DNA of 35,009 nucleotides from a virus (Duplodnaviria; Heunggongvirae; Uroviricota; Caudoviricetes): IMG/VR virus record IMGVR_UViG_3300031857_024897, positions 113,746 to 148,754 of that record; one strand, 5' to 3'. Shown piece by piece: positions 22,951 to 33,500 of this stretch (position 1 is its first letter; each line of letters starts with the position of its first letter). The notes under the pieces were generated by a model. It saw only the letters and a program-made list of their open reading frames with translations, ran no database searches and was not told where the DNA came from. The position numbers and the translations under genes were made by a program.

Positions 22951-25158
22951 TTAAAAATCCAATCTTACTGCAAATTGCTGAGTACCTTGCCTTTGTATAG
23001 GTGACTGCAACTTTGTTATTACAACCAAATCTTTATCGACATCAAACAAACCAACTTCAGTTATAAAACTATTTGTTCCTGGAACCCATGTTGGGTTAGT
23101 TGTGTTTGTAAATTGTGTTGAAACTAAATTACATAAAAACCTCATTTCATAAATAGTTGCCTCAATATCTGTCTCGATATTTCCATAAAAAAAATACTCC
23201 TCACCAAAATTCAAAAGATCTTCTTGCCCTGATGGTTCTGGTAAAGGTAAATAATCTGCTAAATCATATGTATCGGCATTATTATACATATCGTAGCTAA
23301 TAATGAATGTATTTGATGTCATAGCAGAAGGCGAAATTGCTCCATTGCAAGTATCACCGCTCACCCTATAAGTAAAATCAATTTTTTTCCAAGCTCCAGG
23401 CGAAGGTTGTGTTGTAGAACCAGAAACCAACTGAGCTAATACCATAAATTCATTCGCATTAAATCCACTAAAACAAGTGCAACCAGAATTCATAAAAGGA
23501 AATTCCTCACCAAATTTAATAGCAACGTTTTGCCTGTCTTGATTACACTCATCACTAGGACCTTGCACTTTAGAATAATAATTACAATGCAATGAGTCAG
23601 TAAATCCAAATGTTGAATTAAATCTATACGTAATATACATGTACTCTTGGTTATTACCTATAACACCAAAGTCATCAACGTCAGCATCACACAAATTGGG
23701 GGCAACCAAAGACAAAGATGGTGCAGGTAATGTCCAGTTTCTATTTGATTTATACGATAAGGCTGCTACGATTTCGTCATCGTCAAACACAATAGTTTTT
23801 ATATCAGGAAATACTTTTCCTACTCTATTTGGTGTACCTAAGTTATTTACATGTGTATCCCACAAATGATAGTATCTTAGCCCTGGATTATTCATATCAT
23901 TATCCACAGCAGATTTCATATATTTGACTTGGAATAATCCCTGAACCCCAACATCCGGATCAACATAAAAAGTCTCCCCCATTTGACCGGTAGATGACTT
24001 ATGCCACATTAGCCAAGGTATTGAAACTTTAAAGTTTCTAGCAAAACCAGTCGTCTCTAAACTTTGCGGATCGAATGGTCTTAACGCAAATTTTTCACCA
24101 TAAAAACTATCAATAGCATTGTTTGTATAATGAACTATAGCAATAGCCTTTTGCTCATTAGGATTTTGATAAACAGGTTTTTGATATGAATTAAAATAAT
24201 AAGTATCTGTTGTTTCAGCAGTTAATGCAGGTGAAACCCAAAATGTTTGACCGCTTAGTTCTTGATAGCCAAAATATTCTTTACTACCAAGATATGTTCG
24301 TGAATTATATTTTGTGAAATCTTCATTCAAAGTAGAAACCACACCTGCCGGACTTACTGACCAAGGAATATTCATATTCCAAATTTTAACATCGGTGTTA
24401 CCTAAATCACAAATAGATTCAAAGTTAATAACATCAGGTGGCCAGTATCCTTCAGGCGTATTGTAATCATATAACTCAGTCATACCTGAAGGGTATATTA
24501 ATACTCTAGCCGTTCCACAACAACCCGACTCAGAATAATTAGGTATATTCCTATCCAAAGTTAGTGTATTACCTGATACTGATTGTATTTTATAAGTTAA
24601 AATTGGAAAGTTTGCAGTTAACCCACTATTACATGAACCAACCCCATCATAATAAATCGTAGCAAAATGACCGGAAAATGTTACTCCTGTTGTTGTAGAA
24701 CAAAAATCGTCTGTTAATGTTATAGTATTACCACTATTTGAACAAAGGTCCAAAATGTAATTAGAACTAATAGTGTATGCTGAAGAAGTTTTTGCCGTCC
24801 ATGAATTAGCCGAACCACTAAAAAAGCCTCTTGGTGCTGCTGTGTTGAATACCGAATAAATTTGTGAGTCCTCAAACGCTAAACCATATGTATTGCCAGA
24901 TGAACCAGATACATAATATGGATATTTTATATGCATTTTATTTGTCTCTGGATTCTGACTAGAATTTTGAGCATTATATGCGGCCTCTATTATATTATTG
25001 TTTGTTTGATTATAACCTGGTATCTGATTATATAGCACTTCACTATCCCCAATTTGGAAATAACGAATATCTAGTTTACCTTTAGATAGCTTTAATCTAC
25101 CGGTATCTGTAAACCTTGTATTTAATAGACCTGATGTATTTTTTATTATATATGCCAT
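22951..25158 (-). CDS. Large virion structural protein, baseplate/tail-associated (735 aa)
   Basis: N-terminal TRFTDTGRLKLSKG...FQIGDSE and C-terminal FITEVGLFD...VITKLQSPI...VRLDF, typical of tail-collar/baseplate modules; beta-rich. Confidence 0.7.
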   Translation of the reverse strand: MAYIIKNTSGLLNTRFTDTGRLKLSKGKLDIRYFQIGDSEVLYNQIPGYNQTNNNIIEAAYNAQNSSQNPETNKMHIKYPYYVSGSSGNTYGLAFEDSQIYSVFNTAAPRGFFSGSANSWTAKTSSAYTISSNYILDLCSNSGNTITLTDDFCSTTTGVTFSGHFATIYYDGVGSCNSGLTANFPILTYKIQSVSGNTLTLDRNIPNYSESGCCGTARVLIYPSGMTELYDYNTPEGYWPPDVINFESICDLGNTDVKIWNMNIPWSVSPAGVVSTLNEDFTKYNSRTYLGSKEYFGYQELSGQTFWVSPALTAETTDTYYFNSYQKPVYQNPNEQKAIAIVHYTNNAIDSFYGEKFALRPFDPQSLETTGFARNFKVSIPWLMWHKSSTGQMGETFYVDPDVGVQGLFQVKYMKSAVDNDMNNPGLRYYHLWDTHVNNLGTPNRVGKVFPDIKTIVFDDDEIVAALSYKSNRNWTLPAPSLSLVAPNLCDADVDDFGVIGNNQEYMYITYRFNSTFGFTDSLHCNYYSKVQGPSDECNQDRQNVAIKFGEEFPFMNSGCTCFSGFNANEFMVLAQLVSGSTTQPSPGAWKKIDFTYRVSGDTCNGAISPSAMTSNTFIISYDMYNNADTYDLADYLPLPEPSGQEDLLNFGEEYFFYGNIETDIEATIYEMRFLCNLVSTQFTNTTNPTWVPGTNSFITEVGLFDVDKDLVVITKLQSPIQRQGTQQFAVRLDF

Positions 25159-25161
25159 AAC

Positions 25162-25169
25162 GATAAATA
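25162..25169 (-). promoter_or_regulatory. TATTTATC putative late promoter motif
   Basis: GATATTTATCGTTATG: motif 3 nt upstream of the ATG at 25158. Confidence 0.45.
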
Positions 25170-25188
25170 TCCTATTTAATGTAAATTA

Positions 25189-26565
25189 TTAGCCACTAGG
25201 TGGGTTATTAGGGTCTTGCTGCGGTATTTGTTGAGGTATTTGCGTGGTACTCTCAATTATTGTTGTTGGTTGAATTATAACACAATCATTATCCACCGTA
25301 ATATTTGACAAATAAGCATTTATCCCAACCGTACCTCTTGTATAACATAATGGATCGAATGTGAAGCCAGGATCAATATCTATTGTATATTCAATGTAAC
25401 CAACAATATTTGATGTGTTATTACCTGTTATGGCTGTAGCAGAATATATATCATATGCAGCATATACATCATGTATCGGATTACATTGTGACGTAGATAT
25501 ATTGATGAATGGCCCACTATCTATTATTGACATTGTTTTTTGAATATTATTCACACTAATACTATGCCCTGTTGTTATAAAACTAACTGTTCCAGGCTCA
25601 GAATAGGTTTTAGTGTATGTTACAACATAATCAAACTCAATATTAACACCTACAGGCAATAATGATGTATCAATAGTAAAGTCGATTTTGTATTTTGTTA
25701 AGTCATTTATAGTTGTACCAACTCTATCCGGGCCAGCAGTAACAACCATCGGTAATTCATAAGTTTTTGGTTGAGATGGTGATAGTGTAACGTCACAACT
25801 AGTTGTATTACCTGATGAATCTTTAGCATAGACTGTATATGCCCCAGAAAATAACCCATTAAATATCCCAACATTAATAAAATTAACATTATCTAAAGAA
25901 TATTGCCAAGGAGGATTACCACCAGTTGCCACCGAAGTTATTGACCCATCATTTTCGTTTACACATGATGGACTATTAAAATTACACTTTATACTATATG
26001 TCTTATCTGCACTTTGACATTGACCCTCTGTTGATTTACAACTAAAAAATTGAGCGTTATTACCAAAGACAAACCATCCTGTCAATGGGGTATCTTTCGG
26101 GTCTGAGCTTCGTATAATTAAGCTAGGATAATCAGGTATTGGGTCTAGCTCCCAATATTGATTTATAAAATTCCATCTGGCATAATAGTTTATCAGATTT
26201 ATTGTCGTAAAATACTCAGGTTTACCATTATAAGAGTTGCCGTTATAACAAAATGTATATCTTTTAAGCGTATTTGTTCTTGAATTTGTAATTGATAAAC
26301 AAAAACAAGGATATGTTTTAATTGGATCTGAAATGTTTATTGTATTATACAAGCCACATAAATTGTTATATAATAATATTTTTTTACTTGTATCTGGGAC
26401 TACAACTAAAACCCCTGTTATTAACTCCGAAAAAGTTAATCCTGTAGCAAATTCTGTTGTTAAATATTTAGTAGCCAAACTACTAGATGATATATTATCA
26501 TAATACACCGAAAAAGTTCCGTCAGGAGTTCCTGCTGTTATTGTTATATTAAATATCCTATTCAT
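25189..26565 (-). CDS. Putative tail fibre/adhesin protein with SprB-like repeat
   Basis: Likely start MNRIFN at 26565; module PSCVNENDGSITSVATGGNPPWQYSLD...GLFSGAYTVYAKDSSG. Confidence 0.72.
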   Translation of the reverse strand: MNRIFNITITAGTPDGTFSVYYDNISSSSLATKYLTTEFATGLTFSELITGVLVVVPDTSKKILLYNNLCGLYNTINISDPIKTYPCFCLSITNSRTNTLKRYTFCYNGNSYNGKPEYFTTINLINYYARWNFINQYWELDPIPDYPSLIIRSSDPKDTPLTGWFVFGNNAQFFSCKSTEGQCQSADKTYSIKCNFNSPSCVNENDGSITSVATGGNPPWQYSLDNVNFINVGIFNGLFSGAYTVYAKDSSGNTTSCDVTLSPSQPKTYELPMVVTAGPDRVGTTINDLTKYKIDFTIDTSLLPVGVNIEFDYVVTYTKTYSEPGTVSFITTGHSISVNNIQKTMSIIDSGPFINISTSQCNPIHDVYAAYDIYSATAITGNNTSNIVGYIEYTIDIDPGFTFDPLCYTRGTVGINAYLSNITVDNDCVIIQPTTIIESTTQIPQQIPQQDPNNPPSG

Positions 26566-26566
26566 A

Positions 26567-27481
26567 TTATGGTGTCGGAGTTGGCGTAGGTGTTGGTGTT
26601 GATGTCGGAGTAGGACTAACTGTAGGTGTTGGTGTTGATGTTGGTGTCGGGCTAGGAGATATTGTTGGTATTGAACAAGTGCCAATATTTAAAACAGACC
26701 CCAAAGAATTTGTTTGTATCCAATAAATACCGTTTGAATAATACCCTTCAACTACAGGCATTGTTAATTCATAATCATAATAAATGATATCCCCACTTTG
26801 CATTTCAAATATTTGTGAAACTGTTGACCAGTATTCTTTTGTTTCACCAGAACATGATGACAAGATAGTTGTTCCGCTACCTAATAACAAATAGTTAAGT
26901 TCACTAACAGAGCCAGAAAAAATACAATCTAATGGTTCTATTAATTCGCAGCTAACGGTTGTTATAAAGTCATAATATTTATCAGTAATTGTGGCATTAT
27001 ATGTACCTGCACTCAAGTTATATATTGTTGTACCAGTAGCTGTGGTATTATTAGGTAATGACCATACAACATAATATGGTGCTGTACCCCCAGTTATTGC
27101 TAAAGATAATATTCCACTATTAGGACTATTAACGTCAGGATTTATTGCAATACACTGAGCACCTAATGGAAATAATGTTATTGGTTCACATTCGTTATAT
27201 GAAACCCCTGGTATCGGAGGTGGAGGTAATGGCGTTGGCTCTGGCCCTGGACATGGCAAGCATCCTGAATATGAACATGTCATACCAGATCCAGCATCAA
27301 CCAAAGGTATATCATCATTTAGAATGGTAAAATATACCTTAATATCTGGCTCTTCAATAACTTTGTAACAAAAATTAATTGGCTTGCTGATTAATAAATT
27401 ACCAACAGTGTATTTTGTTCCTGATTTTATTTTATATATTTGATTATCACAGCATCCTGTAACATAGCTACTTAAATTCAT
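26567..27481 (-). CDS. Cys-rich putative fibre protein with SprB-like repeat and terminal PT repeat
   Basis: Likely start MNLSSY at 27481; module GILSLAITGGTAPYYVVW...NLSAGTYNATITD; ends in PTPTPTPTP. Confidence 0.75.
   Translation of the reverse strand: MNLSSYVTGCCDNQIYKIKSGTKYTVGNLLISKPINFCYKVIEEPDIKVYFTILNDDIPLVDAGSGMTCSYSGCLPCPGPEPTPLPPPPIPGVSYNECEPITLFPLGAQCIAINPDVNSPNSGILSLAITGGTAPYYVVWSLPNNTTATGTTIYNLSAGTYNATITDKYYDFITTVSCELIEPLDCIFSGSVSELNYLLLGSGTTILSSCSGETKEYWSTVSQIFEMQSGDIIYYDYELTMPVVEGYYSNGIYWIQTNSLGSVLNIGTCSIPTISPSPTPTSTPTPTVSPTPTSTPTPTPTPTP
26570..26668 (-). repeat. Pro-Thr/Ser coding repeat at protein C-terminus
   Basis: PTISPSPTPTSTPTPTVSPTPTSTPTPTPTPTP-stop. Confidence 0.9.
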
Positions 27482-27486
27482 ATAAT

Positions 27487-27705
27487 TTATATTACAATTA
27501 AAGATTTTATCACACAATTATTCCCATCTAATACCCGGATACCAACTTCACTTAAATTATTGTATGGTTCTGGAACTAAAAAAGAATATGGTATGTCAGC
27601 ATCATTTATTGTTGTAACGTATGCACACATGTTATATGTATTGTCACAAATATATACTGTGTATGGTTGTGTTCCGATTAAGTCTGTAATAGTTATCTCT
27701 TTCAT
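27487..27705 (-). CDS. Small beta-sandwich-like protein in structural cluster (72 aa)
   Basis: ATG-started, packed between fibre genes; three Cys. Confidence 0.78.
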   Translation of the reverse strand: MKEITITDLIGTQPYTVYICDNTYNMCAYVTTINDADIPYSFLVPEPYNNLSEVGIRVLDGNNCVIKSLIVI

Positions 27706-27711
27706 ATTATT

Positions 27712-29502
27712 TTAACTTACACATGTTCCCCAAACTATTGTCACAACAGTAGATCCTATTAATATTGTTGACCCACTAGACGGTATGGATGTTCCATTTA
27801 TTTTTACATTATATAATGTGTATCTAATCGGAGTGCCTCCTCCTCCTGAATTCCAATAACCTGTTTTAGTGTCTGGAGTTAAAGATACTATCCCAGAATT
27901 ACCAGTGTTAAATGTTACTAGACTGCTCAGATTATTATATTGAGCACCAGCAACACCTGATGTACAACCTATATCATCATAACCATCACCAAAAACTGTT
28001 GAAACTGTTAAGTTACCTGTTATAGGTGTATTTAGTTCCGCAACAAATATTGGGAACGATGAACTAGATATATTGTCCATTGTTAAATATAATGTTGGGA
28101 TAACGTCTGTCGGTGTTGGTGTTGGTGTTGAAGTCGGTGTATTCGTAGGAGTGCTTGTTGGTGCCGGAGCAGGTGTCGAAGTTGGGCCTGTTGCCGTTGG
28201 AGATAATGTAGGTGTTGGTGATATCGTGCTTGTTGGTGTTATTGTCGGTGTAGGTGTTGGCGTTGGAGTTATTGAACAGTTATCACAACCTGGACCTAAA
28301 ACCCATATTATGTCATTGAGGATAGCATTTGACGAATTACTTGATAATGACTCGTATGTTACACATTTTGAAACGCCATTTATTACACAATTAAATGTAA
28401 CTCCAGTCTCAATTGATAATCCTGAAAATACCAATGAGTCAACAACATAGTATGTGTCTCCTGATATACAATCAACTAGTTTTTTTGTTTTAGTATCTGT
28501 AAATGTATCATCAACTAAAGTATATGTTACATCACCACTAAAGCAAACGCTATAACCCGTTATTGGTGTTGCCGTAGGTGTCGCACTAGGTGTTGGTGTA
28601 GGTAATGTTGTAGCACTTAAAGAAATACTAGATAACGAACAATCAGATGTCGGCGTTGGTGTCGGTGTTGGTGTTGGAGTAGATGTCGGTGTAGGGCTTA
28701 TTGTTGCTGTTGGTGTTGGTGTTATTATCTCACAATTAAAATACGCATTAAAATCAAAATCGTCGCATATTGCAGGTGTTGGCGTTGGTGTTACAACACA
28801 AACTCCTTCTGTTAATTCAGATAATGAAATGTCTGGGCAATTTTCGTAACAAGGAACTTTACCAAATAAAAAACAATCTCCACCCAAACTATCAGATAAA
28901 CACCATTTATACCCTGTATTATATAAATACCCTATTTGATCTGTACCCCCAGTATAATACGCATATCCATTATAGTTACCAACTTTATTATAGGTCCCAT
29001 CATTATCAAAATAATTATTAGTATCTAAGCAATATTGGTTAATCGGACATTCAGGCCCTATATACGTAGGTGTCGGTGTTGGTGATGGTGTAGGTGTAGG
29101 CGTTTGTGTTGGTGTAGGTGTAGGGCATGTTATGCAGCCTTCACAACTAACTTGCTGGACAAATATACCTGTTGTCCCATCATATACTGTTCCTCCACCT
29201 AAATTATCTATATAGGTGCAACCAGTATATCCTGAAACAGTAACGTGATAAAAGTTAGAAACTAATTGTGCCGGAATACCACTAACTGTAAATGTTATGC
29301 CACTATCACAACAATCCGTAAAATTGTATTGATAACTAGCACAGGCTGGACTACAACTCATGTCAGTTAATGTTATTCCAGAATATGAGTAATCGTCATT
29401 TAAACAAATTGGTGTACCAATAGTAGATCCGCTTTGGAAATAACCGCAACAATCTGTATATTGCCAGGAGCTAGAATTAGTTACACCAGATAGACAAGCC
29501 AT
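27712..29502 (-). CDS. Cys-rich modular virion protein with Pro-Thr linkers (596 aa)
   Basis: Cys-paired modules (YTDCC, FTDCC) separated by PT tracts; C-terminal beta-rich domain. Confidence 0.82.
   Translation of the reverse strand: MACLSGVTNSSSWQYTDCCGYFQSGSTIGTPICLNDDYSYSGITLTDMSCSPACASYQYNFTDCCDSGITFTVSGIPAQLVSNFYHVTVSGYTGCTYIDNLGGGTVYDGTTGIFVQQVSCEGCITCPTPTPTQTPTPTPSPTPTPTYIGPECPINQYCLDTNNYFDNDGTYNKVGNYNGYAYYTGGTDQIGYLYNTGYKWCLSDSLGGDCFLFGKVPCYENCPDISLSELTEGVCVVTPTPTPAICDDFDFNAYFNCEIITPTPTATISPTPTSTPTPTPTPTPTSDCSLSSISLSATTLPTPTPSATPTATPITGYSVCFSGDVTYTLVDDTFTDTKTKKLVDCISGDTYYVVDSLVFSGLSIETGVTFNCVINGVSKCVTYESLSSNSSNAILNDIIWVLGPGCDNCSITPTPTPTPTITPTSTISPTPTLSPTATGPTSTPAPAPTSTPTNTPTSTPTPTPTDVIPTLYLTMDNISSSSFPIFVAELNTPITGNLTVSTVFGDGYDDIGCTSGVAGAQYNNLSSLVTFNTGNSGIVSLTPDTKTGYWNSGGGGTPIRYTLYNVKINGTSIPSSGSTILIGSTVVTIVWGTCVS
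28108..29124 (-). repeat. Pro-Thr coding repeat tracts (main tracts 28108-28269, 28564-28722, 29065-29124)
   Basis: Imperfect 6-bp ggtgtN/ggagtN arrays on + encoding (PT)n on -. Confidence 0.9.
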
Positions 29503-29518
29503 GAATAATGTTTTATAC

Positions 29519-29526
29519 TATAAATA
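29519..29526 (-). promoter_or_regulatory. TATTTATA putative late promoter motif
   Basis: tataaata on +, 16 nt upstream of the ATG at 29502, in a divergent intergenic region. Confidence 0.5.
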
Positions 29527-29618
29527 ACTAGAATTTAATTTTTTTGATAAAATCAATGAAAAATAATAAGCTAATTTATTTAATTTTGAATTAAAAAACA
29601 TTATTTTTTTAACAAAAA

Positions 29619-30560
29619 ATGAAAAAAGTATTCCTAGATTTATCCGAAGCAAAAGGCTTAGGTGATACGCTATCAGCAACCCCTGTTATTAGGAAATTAA
29701 AAGAATCATATGGTTCCAAAATATATGTCATAACGAATTATCCTGAGTTATTCCATAATAACAGAAATGTTGAAAAAGCTTATTATGTAAATGCAATTAA
29801 TATAGAAAATGTAAAATCAACACAGATATATCATTCATCATTCAATAATGTTGGTAAGAAAAATGAGTTTGGTGTTGAATTTAAAAGTAATGTATGTGAT
29901 ATAAGACAATATCATGCTATGACGCTTGGCTTTCAATTATCTGAAGATGATTTGTATACAGAATATGAACCCGATGAATATATACCAATTGATGGACTAC
30001 CAGAAAAATTCGTTTTAATCCATCCCGCAGAAAATTGGCCCTCAAGAACCTGGGATAAAGACAAATGGGCCGATCTTGTTAATTTATTATGCGGAAATAA
30101 TATAAATGTTGTTATTACAGGTAAAAACACCGAGGAATATGGATTTTTTCACATTACAAAAAAAATATTTAGCATAAAACAAGACTTGGTTTTAGATTTA
30201 TCAAACAAAAGTAATATATCGCAAACCTGGCACTTAATTGATAAATCTTCTTGTTTTGTAACAATGGATTCAGGACTGCTGCATTTAGCAGGAACAACAG
30301 ATGCCGAAATAATTCAACTCGGAAGCTCCATAAATAACGAATTTAGAGCCCCATATAGATATATGTCACAAGATTACAAATACCATTATATCTCAGGTCC
30401 TTGTGGAATATTTTGTGCTTCAGACATGAAATATGGTGTTAGAGAATGGGGTACAATACATGGTGTTCCCCCATTAATTGGCTGCTTAGAAAATAAACCT
30501 GAATTTGAATGCCACCCATCGGTAATTGATGTTTACGAAACAATTATGAAAATCATATGA
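29619..30560 (+). CDS. GT9-like (heptosyltransferase-type) glycosyltransferase with C-terminal Cys cluster
   Basis: GLGDTLSATPVIRKLK, FVLIHP...WPSRTW and FVTMDSGLLHLAG. Confidence 0.88.
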   Translation: MKKVFLDLSEAKGLGDTLSATPVIRKLKESYGSKIYVITNYPELFHNNRNVEKAYYVNAINIENVKSTQIYHSSFNNVGKKNEFGVEFKSNVCDIRQYHAMTLGFQLSEDDLYTEYEPDEYIPIDGLPEKFVLIHPAENWPSRTWDKDKWADLVNLLCGNNINVVITGKNTEEYGFFHITKKIFSIKQDLVLDLSNKSNISQTWHLIDKSSCFVTMDSGLLHLAGTTDAEIIQLGSSINNEFRAPYRYMSQDYKYHYISGPCGIFCASDMKYGVREWGTIHGVPPLIGCLENKPEFECHPSVIDVYETIMKII

Positions 30561-33500
30561 ATAATAAACTTAAATTTGATAAAGCGTATATTTTGTATGC
30601 AACCGAAAATTATTTTCCAGTAATAGAATGTACTATAACTAGTATTAGGAAGTTCTCTAAATTACCGATAATAGTTTATTCTATAAATAAAAAATTTGAA
30701 ACATCTAATAATGACGTATATTGTGAAGTAATGTATAATATACATTTAAGGCATAAAAATAATGATGATTTATACATTAAAGGATTGGATGAATCTAATT
30801 TTTATATTAAAAGAGAAAACCCTCACATATATTCAATATTAATCCAAAAACCATTTATAACAATACATGCCTTAGAAAATTATGCTAAAACAGTATTCTT
30901 TATTGATGCCGACTCAGTTATATTCAACAATATTGACATTTTTTTTGATTTATATCCAGAAAATGAAAATATTCCTTATTTTACCAAAGGCATTTATGAT
31001 TTTTTAGCATATAACGAAATTGGTCATGAAGACGGTTTAGAAAATACCGTTGAACACAAATTATGCGAATTATTGAATATTGATCAATCATTTAGGCTAA
31101 ATACAAGTTATAGGCAATCTGGTTATTATATATCAGGCCAGAAGAGTATACCATTTTTAAATGAATGGTATATTACTTGCGGAATGGATATAATATTTAG
31201 GAACCATGCAATTTATGCCCCTTATAACGAAGAAACCGTATTAAACTGCTTATTATGGAAATATAAAATAGATAAGGGTTTGCCTTTAATATATGTTAAC
31301 GGATCGTTAGATAGAATTGATATTATCAATGATAACAAAAATTATTTAGGTATTGAAAACGAAATACAAGAATGGTTTAAACTACCTCCCCAGAAAAATT
31401 CTGTGTATTTTATACATGGTGAAAAAAGACCAAATATTATTATGGATATGATAAATAAAATTGATGAAATAAAAAACCGAGATAGCGGAAAAAAAACAAA
31501 TATATTGTATTTAGCCCCTCATTTATCAACAGGTGGTATGCCAGCTTTTCTACTAAAAAGAATTGAGGCCATAAAAAAATACTATAATGACGAATTTAAT
31601 ATTTTTGTTGTTGAATATACAAATTATGGCGATGCATTTTCAGTGCAAAAAGATATGATAAAAACTATGATCGATTCTGATAAGTTTTATTCCTTAGGAT
31701 ATTTAGGTGAACCTATTGATAATAAATACAAGTTATTGGATATTATTAAATATAATAATATAGACGTAGTACATATTGATGAACCAATTGAAGGCTTTGA
31801 CTCATTTAATCCTGTGCCAAGAGATTTAATTAACCTACTATATTCTGAGGACAGATCTTGGAATATTGTCGAAACATGCCATAATGTTGTATTTAATCCT
31901 AAACAATCAAAAGAATTTCATCCTGACGCATATGCTTTATGCTCAAAATATCATAAAAATGTAACTTTTGCTGATGAAAAAGAAATTTTAGAGTTAATTG
32001 AATATCCGATTGAAAATTTCAAAAAAACAAAAGCTGAAAAATTAAAAGCGCAATTAAGTTTAAATTTAGATCCTGAAGTAAGACACGTATTAAATGTCGG
32101 TATTTGGACACCAGGTAAAAATCAAAAAGAATTCGTAGAAATTGCAAAATTGTTTGAAAACAATAACAATTTACATTTTCATGCTATTGGTTCCTTAGCA
32201 CCTAATTTTGAAGACTATTGGGGCCCAATTGTTGAAAATTTACCTAAGAACATAACTGTATGGGGTGAAAGAAATGACGTTCATGCATTTATGGCAGCTT
32301 CTGATGTTTTAATATTTAACTCAACATTTGAGTGTAACCCAATAACTCTAAAAGAAGCTATATCTTTTGGATTGAAAATATTAGCAAGAGATCTAAATGT
32401 TTATTTAGACACATACTCACAATATATTATACCAATAGATGATAATATTTTAGACACAAAAAATAAATTAGAAAAAATTGTAAATTCAAAATTATTTTCA
32501 TATACAGCAACTAATGAACAGAATTCTTTTGCGGAAAAACATGTTAATTTATATCTAAATTTAAAAAACAAAGAATCCAAATATAAATTAGATATAGCTC
32601 AATCATTTGTTGGTCAACCTTATTTTGAAATAAAAGGAAAGGATAATAACACATATCACGTAGAATTTATTGATGAAAATAACACACTTGTTTATTCTGA
32701 AAATATCACCACAAATACTTGGATAAGACTTAACCGAAAATATTATACAAAATGGAAAACTAATGTATCTATTGATGATAAAATTATATATTCAAAAACA
32801 TTATCATTAAAAAATGAAAGAGTTTATATCGCATTCGATAGTAACTCGTTAGGCGATACAATTGCTTGGATGCCATATTGCTTAGAATTTAAGAAAAAAC
32901 ACAATTGTTATTTGATTGTATCAACATTTTGGAATAAATTATTTGTTGATGTTTACCCTGAAATTGAGTTCGTAACTCCTGGTGATATTGTTTATGACTT
33001 ATACGCGATGTATAACATAGGATATTATTATGATAATAATAGTGCCCCAGAAAACCCTCAAATAATACCCTTGCAAAAGGTGGCAACAAACATTTTAGGA
33101 TTAAATTACCATGAAATTTCTCCAAGGATTAAATTTAATCCGGGGAAAAGACCTATTGAATCTAGATACGTTACCATAGCAACAGATTCTACAGCCCAAC
33201 TAAAATATTGGAATTATCCTAGAGGTTGGGAAATACTTTGTGAGTATCTTCAAAATTGCGGATATAAAGTTATCTCTGTCTCAAAAGAAGCGTCTAAAAT
33301 TAATGGGGTTATAAACTTATCCGATACATCAATAGAAAATACTATGAATGTGATTCATCATAGTGAGTTTTTAATCGGTTTATCTAGCGGTCTATCATGG
33401 CTTGCTTGGGCATTAGATAAACATGTTGTTATGATCGCTAATTTCACGGATGAGGACCAAGAATTTAAATCAAATTGTACTAGAATTATTAATAAATCAG

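Noticed and set aside
29519-29526. TATAAATA as a T4 gp55-type late promoter on the + strand
   Set aside because: At sites with unambiguous orientation (2351, 3957, 25162) the motif reads TATTTAT on the sense strand; no gp55/gp33 is seen in the window.
29581-29588. TAATTTTG as a host-type promoter for the GT operon
   Set aside because: Matches only the -7 element in very AT-rich DNA with no -33 element; such matches are frequent by chance.
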